From Nemertoderma westbladi (taxonomy: Eukaryota > Animalia > Xenacoelomorpha), in contig JAUCBJ010002682.1 in assembly GCA_032718475.1 (NCBI GenBank), forward strand, positions 19,793-83,792: a DNA stretch of 64,000 bases, given 5' to 3'. This document shows, one piece after another, positions 1 through 12,200 of the stretch. The notes under the pieces were generated by a model. The model was not told where the DNA came from, searched no databases, and saw nothing but the letters and a program-made list of their open reading frames with translations. A program made the translations under genes and the position numbers. Each line of letters opens with the position of its first letter. Positions within the stretch are counted from its first letter, which is position 1.

Positions 1-967
1 CAGTTTGCTGCACCCTAACCAATGTGTATGCCTTGTACCGGTGTGCCTACGTCCTATCTGCGTACTAGTATCTGCCTGCGCTCTCTCTCCCCCCGTAGGA
101 ATATGAAGGTCTACTGCGGTTTTTCCTGAATCAAGACAGTACAGTCCCTATGATGTAATTTTGGGCTTACAGCGTGTCACTACGTCTACCTTTTATCTTT
201 TGGTCTTATACTTAGGTAGCAAGGATCGAACGCTGTCTAACCTTTCAGGCGATGGGCGAATAACTCTAAAATGGTATTGCGGGTTGTCTCTCGTCTACAT
301 TCCCGTGATGTTCCCGTTCATTGCTGCGGCCCGATCTCTAGCCGGCCATCCTGTCCCTGAGTTTGTTCACCGTAGTGAATTCATAGTAAAACAGAAAAGC
401 TGAGAGAATATTCTGACTTTATTACAGAAGACACAATTATAATACAATGTAATCTGAGAATAAACTAAGCACGACAGAGAGATTGATTATAAGAAGTTTG
501 TGTGAGTATAAAGTATACTAAAGTAGTAAACTAATGAACGAAATCGCACCTTTTTATACCAAATTTGTGCCGCAATCAATCGAGAAAATTCTCGATTGTT
601 CTATAGATTCTAACAAGGTTTTAAAGATAGCTATTGGTCCAGCTAATATATAACTTGCACGACATTGGTTACAATCAAATAACTACAGCCTTATTGGTAC
701 AGACAAATGCAATTAATTTGTAGCGGTTAATTTAAATGAGTTGAAATTCTGCACAAAAAATAATTCGCACTTACTAGGATTCGAACTCGATACCTACTAC
801 ACATATAATTTCCAACGCTCTACCAACTGAGCTACTGAACCACTTGACCGATGGGTGCACAATAGATAGAACCAATACTAATGAGAACTCAAAGCAATCT
901 TTACAAAGTTAATTCGAATAAAATAAAATTTTGAAAATCCACGGCATTTAGGGAATATAATTCTATA
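1..967 (-). repeat. 3' LTR (partial; continues beyond base 1)
   Basis: Matches the right-hand copy apart from a handful of substitutions/indels and a 15-bp duplication. Similarity ends at ...attctata (967), next to a short purine tract GGAGCGG on the minus strand (possible PPT). Minus-strand TATAAAAA at 558-551 and AATAAA at 423-418. Confidence 0.88.
755..841 (-). promoter_or_regulatory. tRNA-derived Pol III promoter module (A box, B box, T-run) in LTR U3
   Basis: Minus strand reads TAGCTCAGTTGGTAGAGC (A box and intact D arm) ... GAGTTCGAATCC (B box) ... TTTTTT. The acceptor and anticodon stems do not pair, so it is not a functional tRNA. The second copy at 15623-15702 is split by the insertion. 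Confidence 0.75.
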
Positions 968-1900
968 CCGCTCCATGAAAACAGGATATTATCGTGCATA
1001 AAATATACGGTTTTCACCAATAATCAATCAAACTATAGAATACTTAGGGCGTACTTACATATTTACAATTAAATTTCAAACAATACTTCCTTTTTACGTA
1101 ATGATTCGATACAAAAATAATTACAAATTCAAACTTTACGTAGTTAAGGCTTTACTAAGTAAGTACAATATAAATCTAAATTAAATTCACCAATATAAAT
1201 CTATTGCATCTCAGATATTGCATAAATTCAAACAATTACAAATACAAATAAATGAAAACAATAAGAAAGGCTCGCGAGTCTTCCATCTACTATTGCATCT
1301 CAAATATTGCATAAATTCAAGTAATTACAAATACTTTCGTACCTAAATGTAGATTGCATAAGTTTGGAATAATTACAAATATGAGTCTTTCTGAGCACAA
1401 AACTTTCTGACTATAAAACTTTCTAAATACAAAATAACACTTTACAAATGAAACTATAAGAAAGGCCCACGAGTCTTCCGTCTACTCTTACTTTCTGTTT
1501 CACTGTAAATACAAATACTACTTATAAAATATAAATTGCATAATATTCGGAACAATATAAATTGCATAAGCTCGGAATAATATAAATTGCATAAGTTCGA
1601 AATAATCACGTAAATATAAAATATAAATTCTTACTAAATATAAATCTTACTAAATATAAGTCTTTACTTAAATATAAATATAAACTGCATAAGTTTAGAA
1701 TAATATAAACCTTTTGCATCTCAAATATGAAACATAAATCTTTCAAATATAAGTTTCTTCTAAATATAAACTTTCTAAATTTCATAAATTCGGAACAATA
1801 CAAATTGCATAAGTTTTCTAAATATAAAACATATAATTCAAAATAAATCACAAATCATAAGAAAGGCCCACGAGTCTTCCGTCCACCCTTGCCCTCCCTT

Positions 1901-4900
1901 TTATCGCTTAGTAGATCGAGCCCTGCCGCGTCCTCGAAAACTGCGCACAGGTGACTTTGCTCGCGATATGGGACTAATGGGGCGAGTCACTGGTTTACTT
2001 GGGACGTTGAGAGACGGTGCGACTATTTCCTCACAAATTCGTCTATTTGGCATCCCAAAACCTCGACCAATTCCTCGTGACCGATCAGTTGTCGCTACAG
2101 TTGGTAGAACGTCTGGGAACGCGCGAGAAGTGGACGACGCAGACCCAAGAGTAGCTTGCGCCCCCTGTTGATCAGCTGGTGTATGTCCCGATCCTCCTAC
2201 CGGTTCTCTTGGAAGTGATACCGTATCCCGAGTAACTCGAATAGTCGGCTCAACTCCCTTGCGTTCTTCTACATTAATAATTTTCTTCAATTGTTGGCCC
2301 ACCTTCTGGACCCGTATGATCCTACCCTGTCCGTCCTCCCGAGGGTGACGTGCAGACGGCGCAACCGGAGTGGCTGATATATTTGTCGCCTCTAGGACCT
2401 CCTCTTCCTCGAATACGCTCGCTCGTATACGTTTGTGGTAAAACGCGGCTCGGTACGCCCATGCGACGGTTAACCAAGCTCCCTTATTCCGTTTTTCAGT
2501 TCGGAAACGATCGAATTCACCATACGTAATCCGATTAACGACTTTCTGAAAATTCCACGTGTTTTTGTTATCCGGGTGAATTTGTAACAGATACTCGCGC
2601 ACCACTCGGAATCCGCTGTCGTGGGGCAAAATATCGACAACCTCGATAAGTTCGTCATATTGGGGCATAGCGGAGATATATCCTTCCGACATCATCGTCT
2701 GGGGATTTACCGCCCAAAATCCGAGATGCGCTCTCATCGGAAACCGTCTTCTCTGTGCCGATACATGTTCGTCGGCTAAATCTTCCCACTCATCAAATAA
2801 CTTCCTCACGAGTTTTACAGATTCGTGTTCATAAGGTATGTCTCTCAGTTGGCATTCAGATGCTCTATGTCCCTTTATATTGCAGTAAGTACATTGAGCC
2901 ATAAATCTCCAGCAAGTATAAAAGGTATGAGACCCTTGATCCCCACACCATCCACAGATTAGCTGAGTCGTAGTAATGTGCTTTCCACTGCACTTTGCCA
3001 TATGATGTCCAGCGACGCCACATTTACTACACATCGTATTAGCAGGGTACCACACTCGTTCGTATATAAGATCTCCAATCGGTCGAGCGCTTCCTCCCAT
3101 ACTATAATCGTAATCATCTGGGTCTATGGGTTGGTAGGTTTCTGAAGGTTGTAGGCAAACTATAGCATCTGTTGCTTCAAGTTGTCGAATCTCCGTCTGA
3201 GATTTCTTCGGGAGGTTCCTTTCTATCTCAAGAAGTTCCTCTAAAGGATCGTCGGCGATCGTAGTAGTTACTTCGAATTCATCACCAAGGTGACCGATAG
3301 GCGCGCGCGTCTGCCGTGATTCTTCCGTAATCTCCACGATACGTTCTCCTTCATAGGGTAACAATGTAAACATAGATGGTCTTTCGATAAGAGATCCCGC
3401 ACAGCGAAGATACACGTCTCGAAATATACTAAATCCTGCTCGAGTAAAGGCATTACACTGAGCGTCGGAGTTGTAGAAGGGTTCAAGGAATCGTCTAAAC
3501 ACGTCGGTACGAATTCTCCCTTCCATGTAGAACGTATGATCTTCTCCGAGACAAAGTGGATGTCTTTTGAGAGTCCGAGACACAATGTCGGCGATTAGGC
3601 AAACATTCACTGACGACTCTATTGCTAAATAATATTGTAAGACCGCTCTTGGAGGTGACGTAATAGCCCAATACACGCATCCTCTCCATTTAAGCTGTGA
3701 TTCAAACTCACTCATATCTGGAGTATCACCTTCTCCATAAGTTTCAATATACTTGTTTCTCTTACCTTCCTTATAATCCCAATTGAATAACAGGTAGGAA
3801 ATGTATCCAGTTCCAGTCTTCTGAGTATTATACTCACGAAAATATCCCTGTTCTATAGACCACAGAATAAGAGGTCGAGTGTCGACGTATGGTGTCGGTA
3901 GTCGGTCATCGCTGTCCGTCATGCCGGCGAAGTCGCTAATTAAATCCTCCCTTACTCCTGATCCAACCTTTACAACAGTTTTATCTAAAATCATGTTTCT
4001 TACCATCTTCGGTAGCATTCTAGCGTCAATATTACAAGCTTGGTCCATCTTCTTTACTATATCGGTGATAAGATGGTGTCGCTTTGTATTCGCTGGAGGT
4101 ATCGGCATTCGTTTGTCGCTCCTCTGTCTACTGAAAACGTGCAGGACTCCGTCCGCCGCTCTAATCTGTATAGTCTTAGAAGTCAAACTCTGCTGATGAC
4201 TGCCGCCCTCGTTATCGTAAAACATATAACCGTTTTCCTGAAACGATCTAAACGTCCTAGTCCATTCATCCAACAATTCTTCCGAAGGTTGCCAAATCTT
4301 CTCTATATCCTTATCCTCATCGAAACGAATAACCTTACCTCGCCAATCTGCGGCAATATCCGTATCCGACTCGAAGGTTCCGGTTCCAATCCATAAACGA
4401 ATCGTCTTGGTTAGATATCCTTTTAGATTACTCGGAGCTATGTCGGCACCAGCTCTATCCAGTTCCTTAAAATCTTGGATATGAGGTGGAACGTTGTTCA
4501 CGACCTTTTGAGTAATATGTCTACGTAAATCATATATCTTACTCATATCGCTGAAAACAACTGCAGGAAGAAACTCCAAGTTTGAAATGATTTCTGGATG
4601 ATCCACGATGGGTATTTCGTACGTCGTATCCTGTCGGACTGGTATACTAATAGGGAAATTGAGTGTCGTACTCAATGGTTTCGTAGTTAAAGTACTATAT
4701 GGTTGCATTTCTCTTGGCCTCTCCGGGGATGCAATCTGTAATCTCTGAATAACGTTTTGAGCAAAGTTTATGCTCTCGAAAACTTCCGGTGTCATCTCCT
4801 TAGCTGAAGTTTGATCGTGTGACGTCCAATGGCAAGGTAGGCTCGCGAGTCTTCCACCCCATTCTTCCATCTCACCTTTCTCGAAAGCCTTGTAGGCTCT

Positions 4901-5626
4901 GTATAGGCTAAGAGCTTCTTTCTTTTCGCGGGTTGACTGATTCGCCTCGTCCAGCGTAAGTTCAAATACATCGGGTTCAACAACCTTAGGTGGGTAAATG
5001 ACAGTTTCTCCCGCCTTTGGTCCGGTCATAGCAAATGAATGATATGGATTCGATAAAGGATACCCTCCTTCCTGGTAGCGTAGTTGTTGATGATTCAAAC
5101 ACCTCGCCAATATCGGTTCGGGATTTTCCTTATTCAAACGCATCGGAATCGCATTTCGTTGTTCGCGCATACAAGAACCGCATTGATAATAAAGTTTATA
5201 AACTGAAAATTCTTCCTTGGTTTCTCTATCGTCCCCTCGAGTTCGTCTGTAAAGATGCATTCCATCGAATTCATCGCGTACCGCAGGCATAGGTTCATGC
5301 GCCTTTAGGTATTGCATGGTATGATACAAACGACTAATTTCAGTATCGGGGTCTTCGCTAATGTCTCCCGTATCACACAAAGCATCGTACGGGTAAAGTT
5401 CGTTGAAGGTTTGGCGCAAACTTTCGATTCTTTCGTTCAATGCGTTTTGCCTTCTCTTTAATACATTCGAGTCATATTTAGTTCTCGCGAGTTTCGCTGT
5501 ACTTTCCGATAATTCTTTTATACCAAATATAGTATAATCCTTGGCTCCAAATCTTTCGAATGGCGCTGCTGCCTCCTCTTGGATATCATATCCCCATCTC
5601 GGCTCTCCTTGTATCCCTTTCTCCAT
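1901..5626 (-). CDS. Retroelement accessory ORF2: DEDDy/RNase D/WRN-like 3'-5' exonuclease domain plus three CCHC-type zinc knuckles
   Basis: Uninterrupted 1241 aa. ExoI-like FYDNEG, TIQI, ExoII-like LPKMVRNMILDKTVVKVGSGVRED, YVDT, and ExoIII-like W..SPP...QYYLAIE (about 3600-4240). CSKCGVAGHHMAKC, CGWCGDQGSHTFYTC and CTYCNIKGHRASEC at about 2850-3030. Confidence 0.8.
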   Translation of the reverse strand: MEKGIQGEPRWGYDIQEEAAAPFERFGAKDYTIFGIKELSESTAKLARTKYDSNVLKRRQNALNERIESLRQTFNELYPYDALCDTGDISEDPDTEISRLYHTMQYLKAHEPMPAVRDEFDGMHLYRRTRGDDRETKEEFSVYKLYYQCGSCMREQRNAIPMRLNKENPEPILARCLNHQQLRYQEGGYPLSNPYHSFAMTGPKAGETVIYPPKVVEPDVFELTLDEANQSTREKKEALSLYRAYKAFEKGEMEEWGGRLASLPCHWTSHDQTSAKEMTPEVFESINFAQNVIQRLQIASPERPREMQPYSTLTTKPLSTTLNFPISIPVRQDTTYEIPIVDHPEIISNLEFLPAVVFSDMSKIYDLRRHITQKVVNNVPPHIQDFKELDRAGADIAPSNLKGYLTKTIRLWIGTGTFESDTDIAADWRGKVIRFDEDKDIEKIWQPSEELLDEWTRTFRSFQENGYMFYDNEGGSHQQSLTSKTIQIRAADGVLHVFSRQRSDKRMPIPPANTKRHHLITDIVKKMDQACNIDARMLPKMVRNMILDKTVVKVGSGVREDLISDFAGMTDSDDRLPTPYVDTRPLILWSIEQGYFREYNTQKTGTGYISYLLFNWDYKEGKRNKYIETYGEGDTPDMSEFESQLKWRGCVYWAITSPPRAVLQYYLAIESSVNVCLIADIVSRTLKRHPLCLGEDHTFYMEGRIRTDVFRRFLEPFYNSDAQCNAFTRAGFSIFRDVYLRCAGSLIERPSMFTLLPYEGERIVEITEESRQTRAPIGHLGDEFEVTTTIADDPLEELLEIERNLPKKSQTEIRQLEATDAIVCLQPSETYQPIDPDDYDYSMGGSARPIGDLIYERVWYPANTMCSKCGVAGHHMAKCSGKHITTTQLICGWCGDQGSHTFYTCWRFMAQCTYCNIKGHRASECQLRDIPYEHESVKLVRKLFDEWEDLADEHVSAQRRRFPMRAHLGFWAVNPQTMMSEGYISAMPQYDELIEVVDILPHDSGFRVVREYLLQIHPDNKNTWNFQKVVNRITYGEFDRFRTEKRNKGAWLTVAWAYRAAFYHKRIRASVFEEEEVLEATNISATPVAPSARHPREDGQGRIIRVQKVGQQLKKIINVEERKGVEPTIRVTRDTVSLPREPVGGSGHTPADQQGAQATLGSASSTSRAFPDVLPTVATTDRSRGIGRGFGMPNRRICEEIVAPSLNVPSKPVTRPISPISRAKSPVRSFRGRGRARSTKR

Positions 5627-6297
5627 AATTAGGGTGTAGTTACATAATCATTACTACTAGAGGGAATACAACAGAGTTTGTAGTTAGTTGTGAGGAGACG
5701 TGAGAGTTTCGTCTGCCCTTTGGGCTCGACAACGCTCTAACCTCCTACCCATAGCCTAAGATCTAGGGTTTCTTTAATGACACGCTGCTTCTTATCTAAA
5801 ATTTTTTGCCGAAATAAAAACGAATTTGGGCTAAACTGGCTGTGAGTCTAAAATACTCACTTTTTGATCCCAAACTATTATCAGAAAATAAGCAGTCAAG
5901 AATTAGTAATAAATATAGGGGAGTCTATTTTGTCGTAACTTATTGAAACAAGACCGTGTAAAATTTAATTAAAATTTTAAGAAAGGCTCGCAAGTCTTCC
6001 TCTCTTGTTTCTCTAATTTTAAGTTCCACCCGACTGTACCCTGAAATCTATTCACTGGAGAAAATTTTAAAAATTTTTTTTTTTTTTTTTTCAAATCCAA
6101 ATGGATTGTCTAAAATTTCGAAAATGTCTCAATATTGTGAGTTCCAAGTAGAATTCCATTTCTTATACCTACAAATCCCGCTCCTATGTGACACATAAGG
6201 GTACTACCCTCAATGTTCACATATAAAGACAATGGAATTCTACCGCTGTCCTTACTACGGTGTACAGGTACGTGGAAATCTATTTGTAAACTCCTAA

Positions 6298-9200
6298 TTA
6301 TTTACTAGTATTAGGTGGAGATTTGTAGTCTCCAGACTCGTTACGAGTCTCTTCAAGAAGTACGAGACGTTGAGTCGGTCTGTCTACTGTACGACCGTCA
6401 ATTGTCCGTACCGTCACAGTTCTTGTCACTCCATCCATAGATGGATGTGTGGCTAAAATGACACCTGTTATCCAGAAGCGTCTTTTTAGATTCACTTCTG
6501 CCAACAGCACGTGATCTCCCGGCTTTAATGCGCGGGTGTTATTGTACCAGTTTGTTCTGGCAGAAATAGAGGGCAAATAATGGTTTTGCCATATTTCCCA
6601 GAATTTGTTAGCCAGTAGTTGCGTGATTTTCCACGCTTTTCTACCGTAACTGTCGCTTTCTATTGGAATAGAAATCGGCGTTAATGTCGTCGGTGCCTGC
6701 ATAAGCAGGTGTGCCGGTGTTAAAGCAAACTGGGATTGTTTGTCATCGGGTACTAATACTATTGGTCTAGTATTTAGTATTGCCTCGATTTCAACAAACA
6801 ATGTTGTCAGTTGGTCGTCTGTTAATATGTGGTTTACTGGAATGACCTTTGCCATGGCTGTCTTTATAGATCTAATCAATCTCTCCCAGACTCCGCCTCT
6901 CCAAGGACTATCTGGAGGATTAAACTTCCAAACAATCTTGTGAGGTTGTAGTTCGTTCGAGATTTGATCATGATCTAATTTCTTAAAGGCTCTAGCAATC
7001 TCATTCCGAGCACCAACAAAGTTTGTCCCTTGGTCTGAGTACAAGCATTTTACTAGTCCGCGTCTAGCGATAAATCGCCGCAGTGCTAGTATAAACGCGT
7101 TGGTGGAAAGATCCATCACACGTTCAATGTGAACTGCCCTACTGGACATACATGTGAAAATCAGTCCCCAGCGTTTTACTAGTATGCGTCCACGTTTCGT
7201 ATGTATGGGACCAAAGCAATCAATTCCAGTCTCTGTAAAAGGTGGCCTGAATGCTTGAAGTCGTGCTTGTGGTAGTTCACTCATTTCTTGGGTACCTATT
7301 CTAGAATGTACCTTTTTACAAATAATACACGTACGTGTCACTGAACTTAATGCTTTACTGGGTCTAATTAATACAAATCTAGTACGTAAGTAGGAAAGAC
7401 AGTGGTGTCTTCCAGCGTGTTTTAGATGTAAATGTGCGTCCAGTATCATTGCACGTTGTAGTTCGTGATGTTGCGGTATTATTATTGGGTACCTAAAGTT
7501 TGTGTTAAAGTCAATGTTTTGAAGCCGAGATTTATGACAAATTAAGCCATTATAAATAATCGGACTCCAACTCAGTATTGGTGATGACTTGATTGATTGA
7601 CCTTGATTTATAGATGTGAATTCGCGCGCGAAATATCGCAGTTGATAATGGCGAATTAATTTTATCTCACACCTGTCAATCTCAGCCAATGTAAGTCGAC
7701 GTGTAAAGTCGCGTTTGCCTTTAACGTATTGTACAAAACGTACAATCCACGCTAATTTTCGGCAAGCGCTTGTCCAAGAATCTGTTAAGTTTACAATACG
7801 GTCGACGTAAGTATTTGTGACGTCATCAGGTAAGTCAATTGAGAATTTGGAAGGTTTTGAATTACTAGAAGGGCCCACGGGTCCGCCGGTAAGTATTCTC
7901 TTGTTGACTGTTGATCCGTCGGGGTCTACAAGTAATTTGTCCTTCTTTGTCTTCTTACCTTGATTGTCAGTACTTTGTAAGTCGATCGTTAATGGTGGTT
8001 TGAACTCTATGGGGTCAGCAGGTTTCGGTAGACTTATTTTCCTGCCGACATTAATCCCAGGTCTCACTATAGGTTGCAAGTTCGGTATGTCTCTTGAGCG
8101 CAAAGTAACACCTGTATTTACATTAGCGTAGGTACTACCCACATCTGTAATACATGAGGTTTCACCGTGCTTATGGATGCTCAAGTGTGTTAAAATTGGT
8201 AGTTTGTCAATACAAGGCCGCTCCAATAGGGAAACTGCGGCTTTATCGTTAGTCAATACATTACTAGTGTCTAGTCGACTGTCTAGTAATGTGTCTGGCG
8301 ATACGTCTGGTAACGTATCTGGTTGTTTGTCAATAGAAGGCCGCTCCAATAGAGAAACTGCGGCTTCACTGTTTGTCAGTGTGTTACTAACGTCTGGTGG
8401 AACATTTTGTGACATGTCTGTCAAAACGTCTGGTTGACCGTCTGGCAATATGTCTGGTGTAGAAAGGCTCGCAAGTCTTCCTCTCTTGACCTTTGAAGTT
8501 ATATCCTTCCATTTCGCCTTCGGTTTCTTCTTAAGTTTGTCCAATACAGCTTGTTCCACTTGCTGATTTCTCAACGCTTCATCATCGATATCGACGGGCA
8601 TTGTTGAGGTTGTTGGGGTAGGTAGACTCGCAAGCCTATCATCTGTCGTCGATGGAATCTCTAGCTGACTCGTCTTCTCCCCAAGTTCTAAACTCCGCTG
8701 GTGGGTTAGCTGCTCCTTGTGACTTATCATACTAGTTACACGTCTGTTATGTTTTGTCGACTGTAGTGTAGTATGGTTCACGTCGGGTGAGAAGGAATGA
8801 ATTGAATTTGTAGTTAATAAACTACATGTACTCTGTACATCGTCTTCCTCGTCACTTACGTCTAGTGTGCGCACAGGCGCTCGAGTATACCACCCTATCG
8901 GCGTTCTGCAGGCGTATGCGTTTCCCGCTACAACTGCCGATGGTCTGGTTTCCCACACCTGATGTAGGTTGAATTGGTCCGTCCCGATCAGCATTGCTAC
9001 CGATCTATAATTGACAGGACATTCGGGTACACCAAGGTGTCTGAAATACTTACGGTCCTCCAGAGATTGTTCCGGCACTGGACCTAGTAGGTTACTAAAG
9101 TCCTTCGTGGCCGCAAAGGTTAGATCTCTAAAGGGCAACAAAGACCTCTCCCTCTCGCTGTGTTGCGATTTTGGAAGAAGAGAGTCTAAGTCCAACTTAA

Positions 9201-12200
9201 CTCGTGTCACTGGTATTGCACGCTGTCCGTGCATACTACTTACTGTATAACTGACGTGCTTACCTTGTTTTAGATCCGTCACGACGTCAGCTATCTTTTC
9301 GTCCACGTAGCTATGGGATGAGGCTGAATCTAGAATCGCATAGATCCTCTTGCTCCCCTTTGTGCCAGTAACCTTGATCGGGATTACACTGAATCCCTTC
9401 AGTTGATCAGTAGTCAGGAGCGCGATCGACGGTTGTTCGTCTCCATTGGGATATTCGTCGTCGTCTTCTGATTCTTCGTCCGACGATCCGGATTGTTCTG
9501 AGAAGCAATCCTCAATATGTGTCACGAAGGTCGGAGTCGTTTTCGATTCTCGTTTTCGGTAGGCCGCATCACATCTCGCTGCTGCTTCCGGGTGTTCCCT
9601 GGCGAAGCGTTTCGTCGGCGTGTGGCTGTCTGTGTGGAGCAGACCGTCGTGGTTGCGTCCACAGGATGGACAAGTGTCGGTATTTGGGCAATCCTTACGG
9701 ACGTGTCCGTGTCGCGTACACCGCCAACAAGAGTCCAGTGGCCGTATCTGCAGCCGTCGTTCTTCCGAGTTCAACTCGCGAAATTGTCGACAACCTCGTA
9801 ACTTGTGACCAATATACCGCTTACCTAGATGCTCGCAGTATTGGCAGCCGTTGAAGTCGGTGCTGAGTTGCTGTCTCGTCTGTTTCGTCCCAATGGGCGC
9901 AGATACTCTATTACCGTCTGAGAATTGTCGTGATTCCGTCGGTGTGGCGTAAGTGGCCGTCTTAGTGGATGTTGTCTGGGGTTTTTGTCGGTTGGAGGAT
10001 GGCAGCGTGATTCCTTCTGCCACGATGTGCTGGTCGGTGTAGTTAGATCGAGTTTCTACTACCGCCTCCCTGGATATTAAAAGGTACACATCTTCTAATT
10101 TTAAGAATCCTCCCCGCTCCTCTCGCTGGTATTCGACCTTCCTCCACTCCCGACGAAGTCGATGGTGGAGTCGTCCTATTATCTTTAATAGGACTGTAGG
10201 GGTATTCCCGTAATCAAGTTGTCCAATTGATCTTAAGGTAGTGATAGCGTTCTTGATCTCGTCAGCTAGTTTTAGTAAGTCGACGGGTTTAGTGATAGCC
10301 CCTCCCTTACAGAGTTCCTCTATTACTGACCTGGCCATGCTCACTGTACCTCCGTATATCGAAGTTAAACGATCGTACGCTAGTTCGAAAGCGTCCGGTA
10401 CACCGACGAAAGTCTCCGCCAAACGTTTAGGTTCTCCTGACAACGTTTGGAGCAAGTAATTGAACTTCTCCCGTGATGTAAAGGCGCACACGGCGATCTG
10501 GGATTCGATATAGTCTACGAAGGTATGCCAGTGTTTTGAGCTACCGGAAAACTTCGGTGGTTGTTGTACCGGCAATCCCTGTCTGGCTGCGAATTTCGCT
10601 ATCTCCTCGGCAACGTTCAGAGTTTCGCGTCCTTGGTTGGTAACTTGGTTGATATCCCTTCTTGGCGCTTTTCCATGATACGATGTGGGGTTTGAAGGTA
10701 CCGGTCTTTGTGGTTCCTTCTGGTGTCTATTGTGTTCGAATTCGGAATTTCTCGAACTGTCGGTTTGAACTTCCTCCAGACGCTCCTCGATCTGAGCCAA
10801 CTTATTGACAACTGGTCGCAGAATGTCGGCGAACTGTTGTGTACTAATTGCGTCCGTTGGTTGTAACGCCTTTTGTGTTGGTGTATTCTGTGGAGGGTTG
10901 TCTGCAAAGGAGTTGTCTGAACGCTCGCGTTTATATTCATCGGCCGCCCCTGTTCTAAATACCTCGCGTTTCGGGTAATCCGATTCGCTCGAAGTACTAC
11001 TATCATCCGGATATGGTGGTCGACGTGCTCGCGTTCGTTGCGTCGTACGAATTCTAACATTCCGTTTCGGAACATCGTCCACTGATCTCCGTTGTTCGGT
11101 AGGCTCACAAGTCTTCCTCGAAGTCGTAGATTGCGATGTAAACTGGTTGAATGGTCGCGTCTCCACTGTTCTCCGTTGTTCGGTAGGCTCACAAGTCTTC
11201 CTCGAAGTCGTAGATTGCGATGTAAATTGGTTGAACGGTGGGCGAATGACAGCATTTGAAACAACTGGCCTTGTTGGTCGAAACGTCATTGGGTAAGCGT
11301 AGTGTGTAACGGGTTTAGGTGTCGACGGTGGACTCACCTGTTTTGTCGTCAGTAGCGCAGGTCCGGTCAATAAACTACTACGATCCGTAATCGGTGGGTT
11401 ACTTACCTTGACTTTCGGAATGGGCGACGACGTTGCTCTTGAAGGTATAAACTTGTCCGGAATAACAAACCTGTGTTCCGTCACACCATGGATAGGAGAA
11501 ATATCACTACTACCCGCAATCGAAACAGGTTCCTTTGTCGTAACCGGTGCAAACATATGAGTTACCTGTGGGAATCGTTGACACACGTCCTTTACTAATT
11601 GTCGTTCCCGTCCGGGTGCTCCTACGCTTCCTTCCTTCTTCCGTTCCTGAATTTGGCGATGTCTTACCTCTAACTGGTCCAAATCATGTCCGTCACGAGA
11701 TCTCATCGATCGATCGCGGGCCTTTTGATCCAGATCTTCCTCAGCGTTCGCTAATTCTCTCGCCTTCTTCTCAAGTTCGAAATGAAGTTTAGCTGTCTTC
11801 TCTCGTTGTTCCGTTTGTCGTTGTTGCGCCTCAAATTCTGCTTGTCGTATAGCGGATTGAGCCTTTATTTGCCGTGTTTTCATTTCGGCCCGTGCTTCCG
11901 AAACTAACCTGTCTCGTTCTAATTCCGCCGCTGCCGCTGCCGCTTGTCGCTCTGACTCTGCCGCTGCCGCTGCCGCTTGTCGCTCTGACTCTGCCGCTGC
12001 CGCTGCCGCTTGTCGCTCTGACTCTGCCGCTGCCGCTGCCGCTTGTCGGGCAATGTCTACCTCTAACCTTTCTACTTCAGCTGCTTCTAATTCAGCTTGT
12101 TCCTGTAGATGAGAGATTCTCGCTATATTCGCAACGCGTAGCTTCTCTTCCTCTACTGCTGCTTGCATCACTAGAAGTTGGGCTTGTTCCTCCATTTCTC

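Noticed and set aside
161-403. 80-aa and 127-aa plus-strand ORFs in the LTRs (also 14873-15256)
   Set aside because: They differ by a frameshift between the two LTRs and have no recognisable domain.
755-841. Functional tRNA gene
   Set aside because: The acceptor and anticodon stems do not pair; only the A/B boxes and D arm remain.
1901-5626. Envelope glycoprotein call for ORF2
   Set aside because: No signal peptide or transmembrane helix; the motifs fit an exonuclease plus zinc knuckles.
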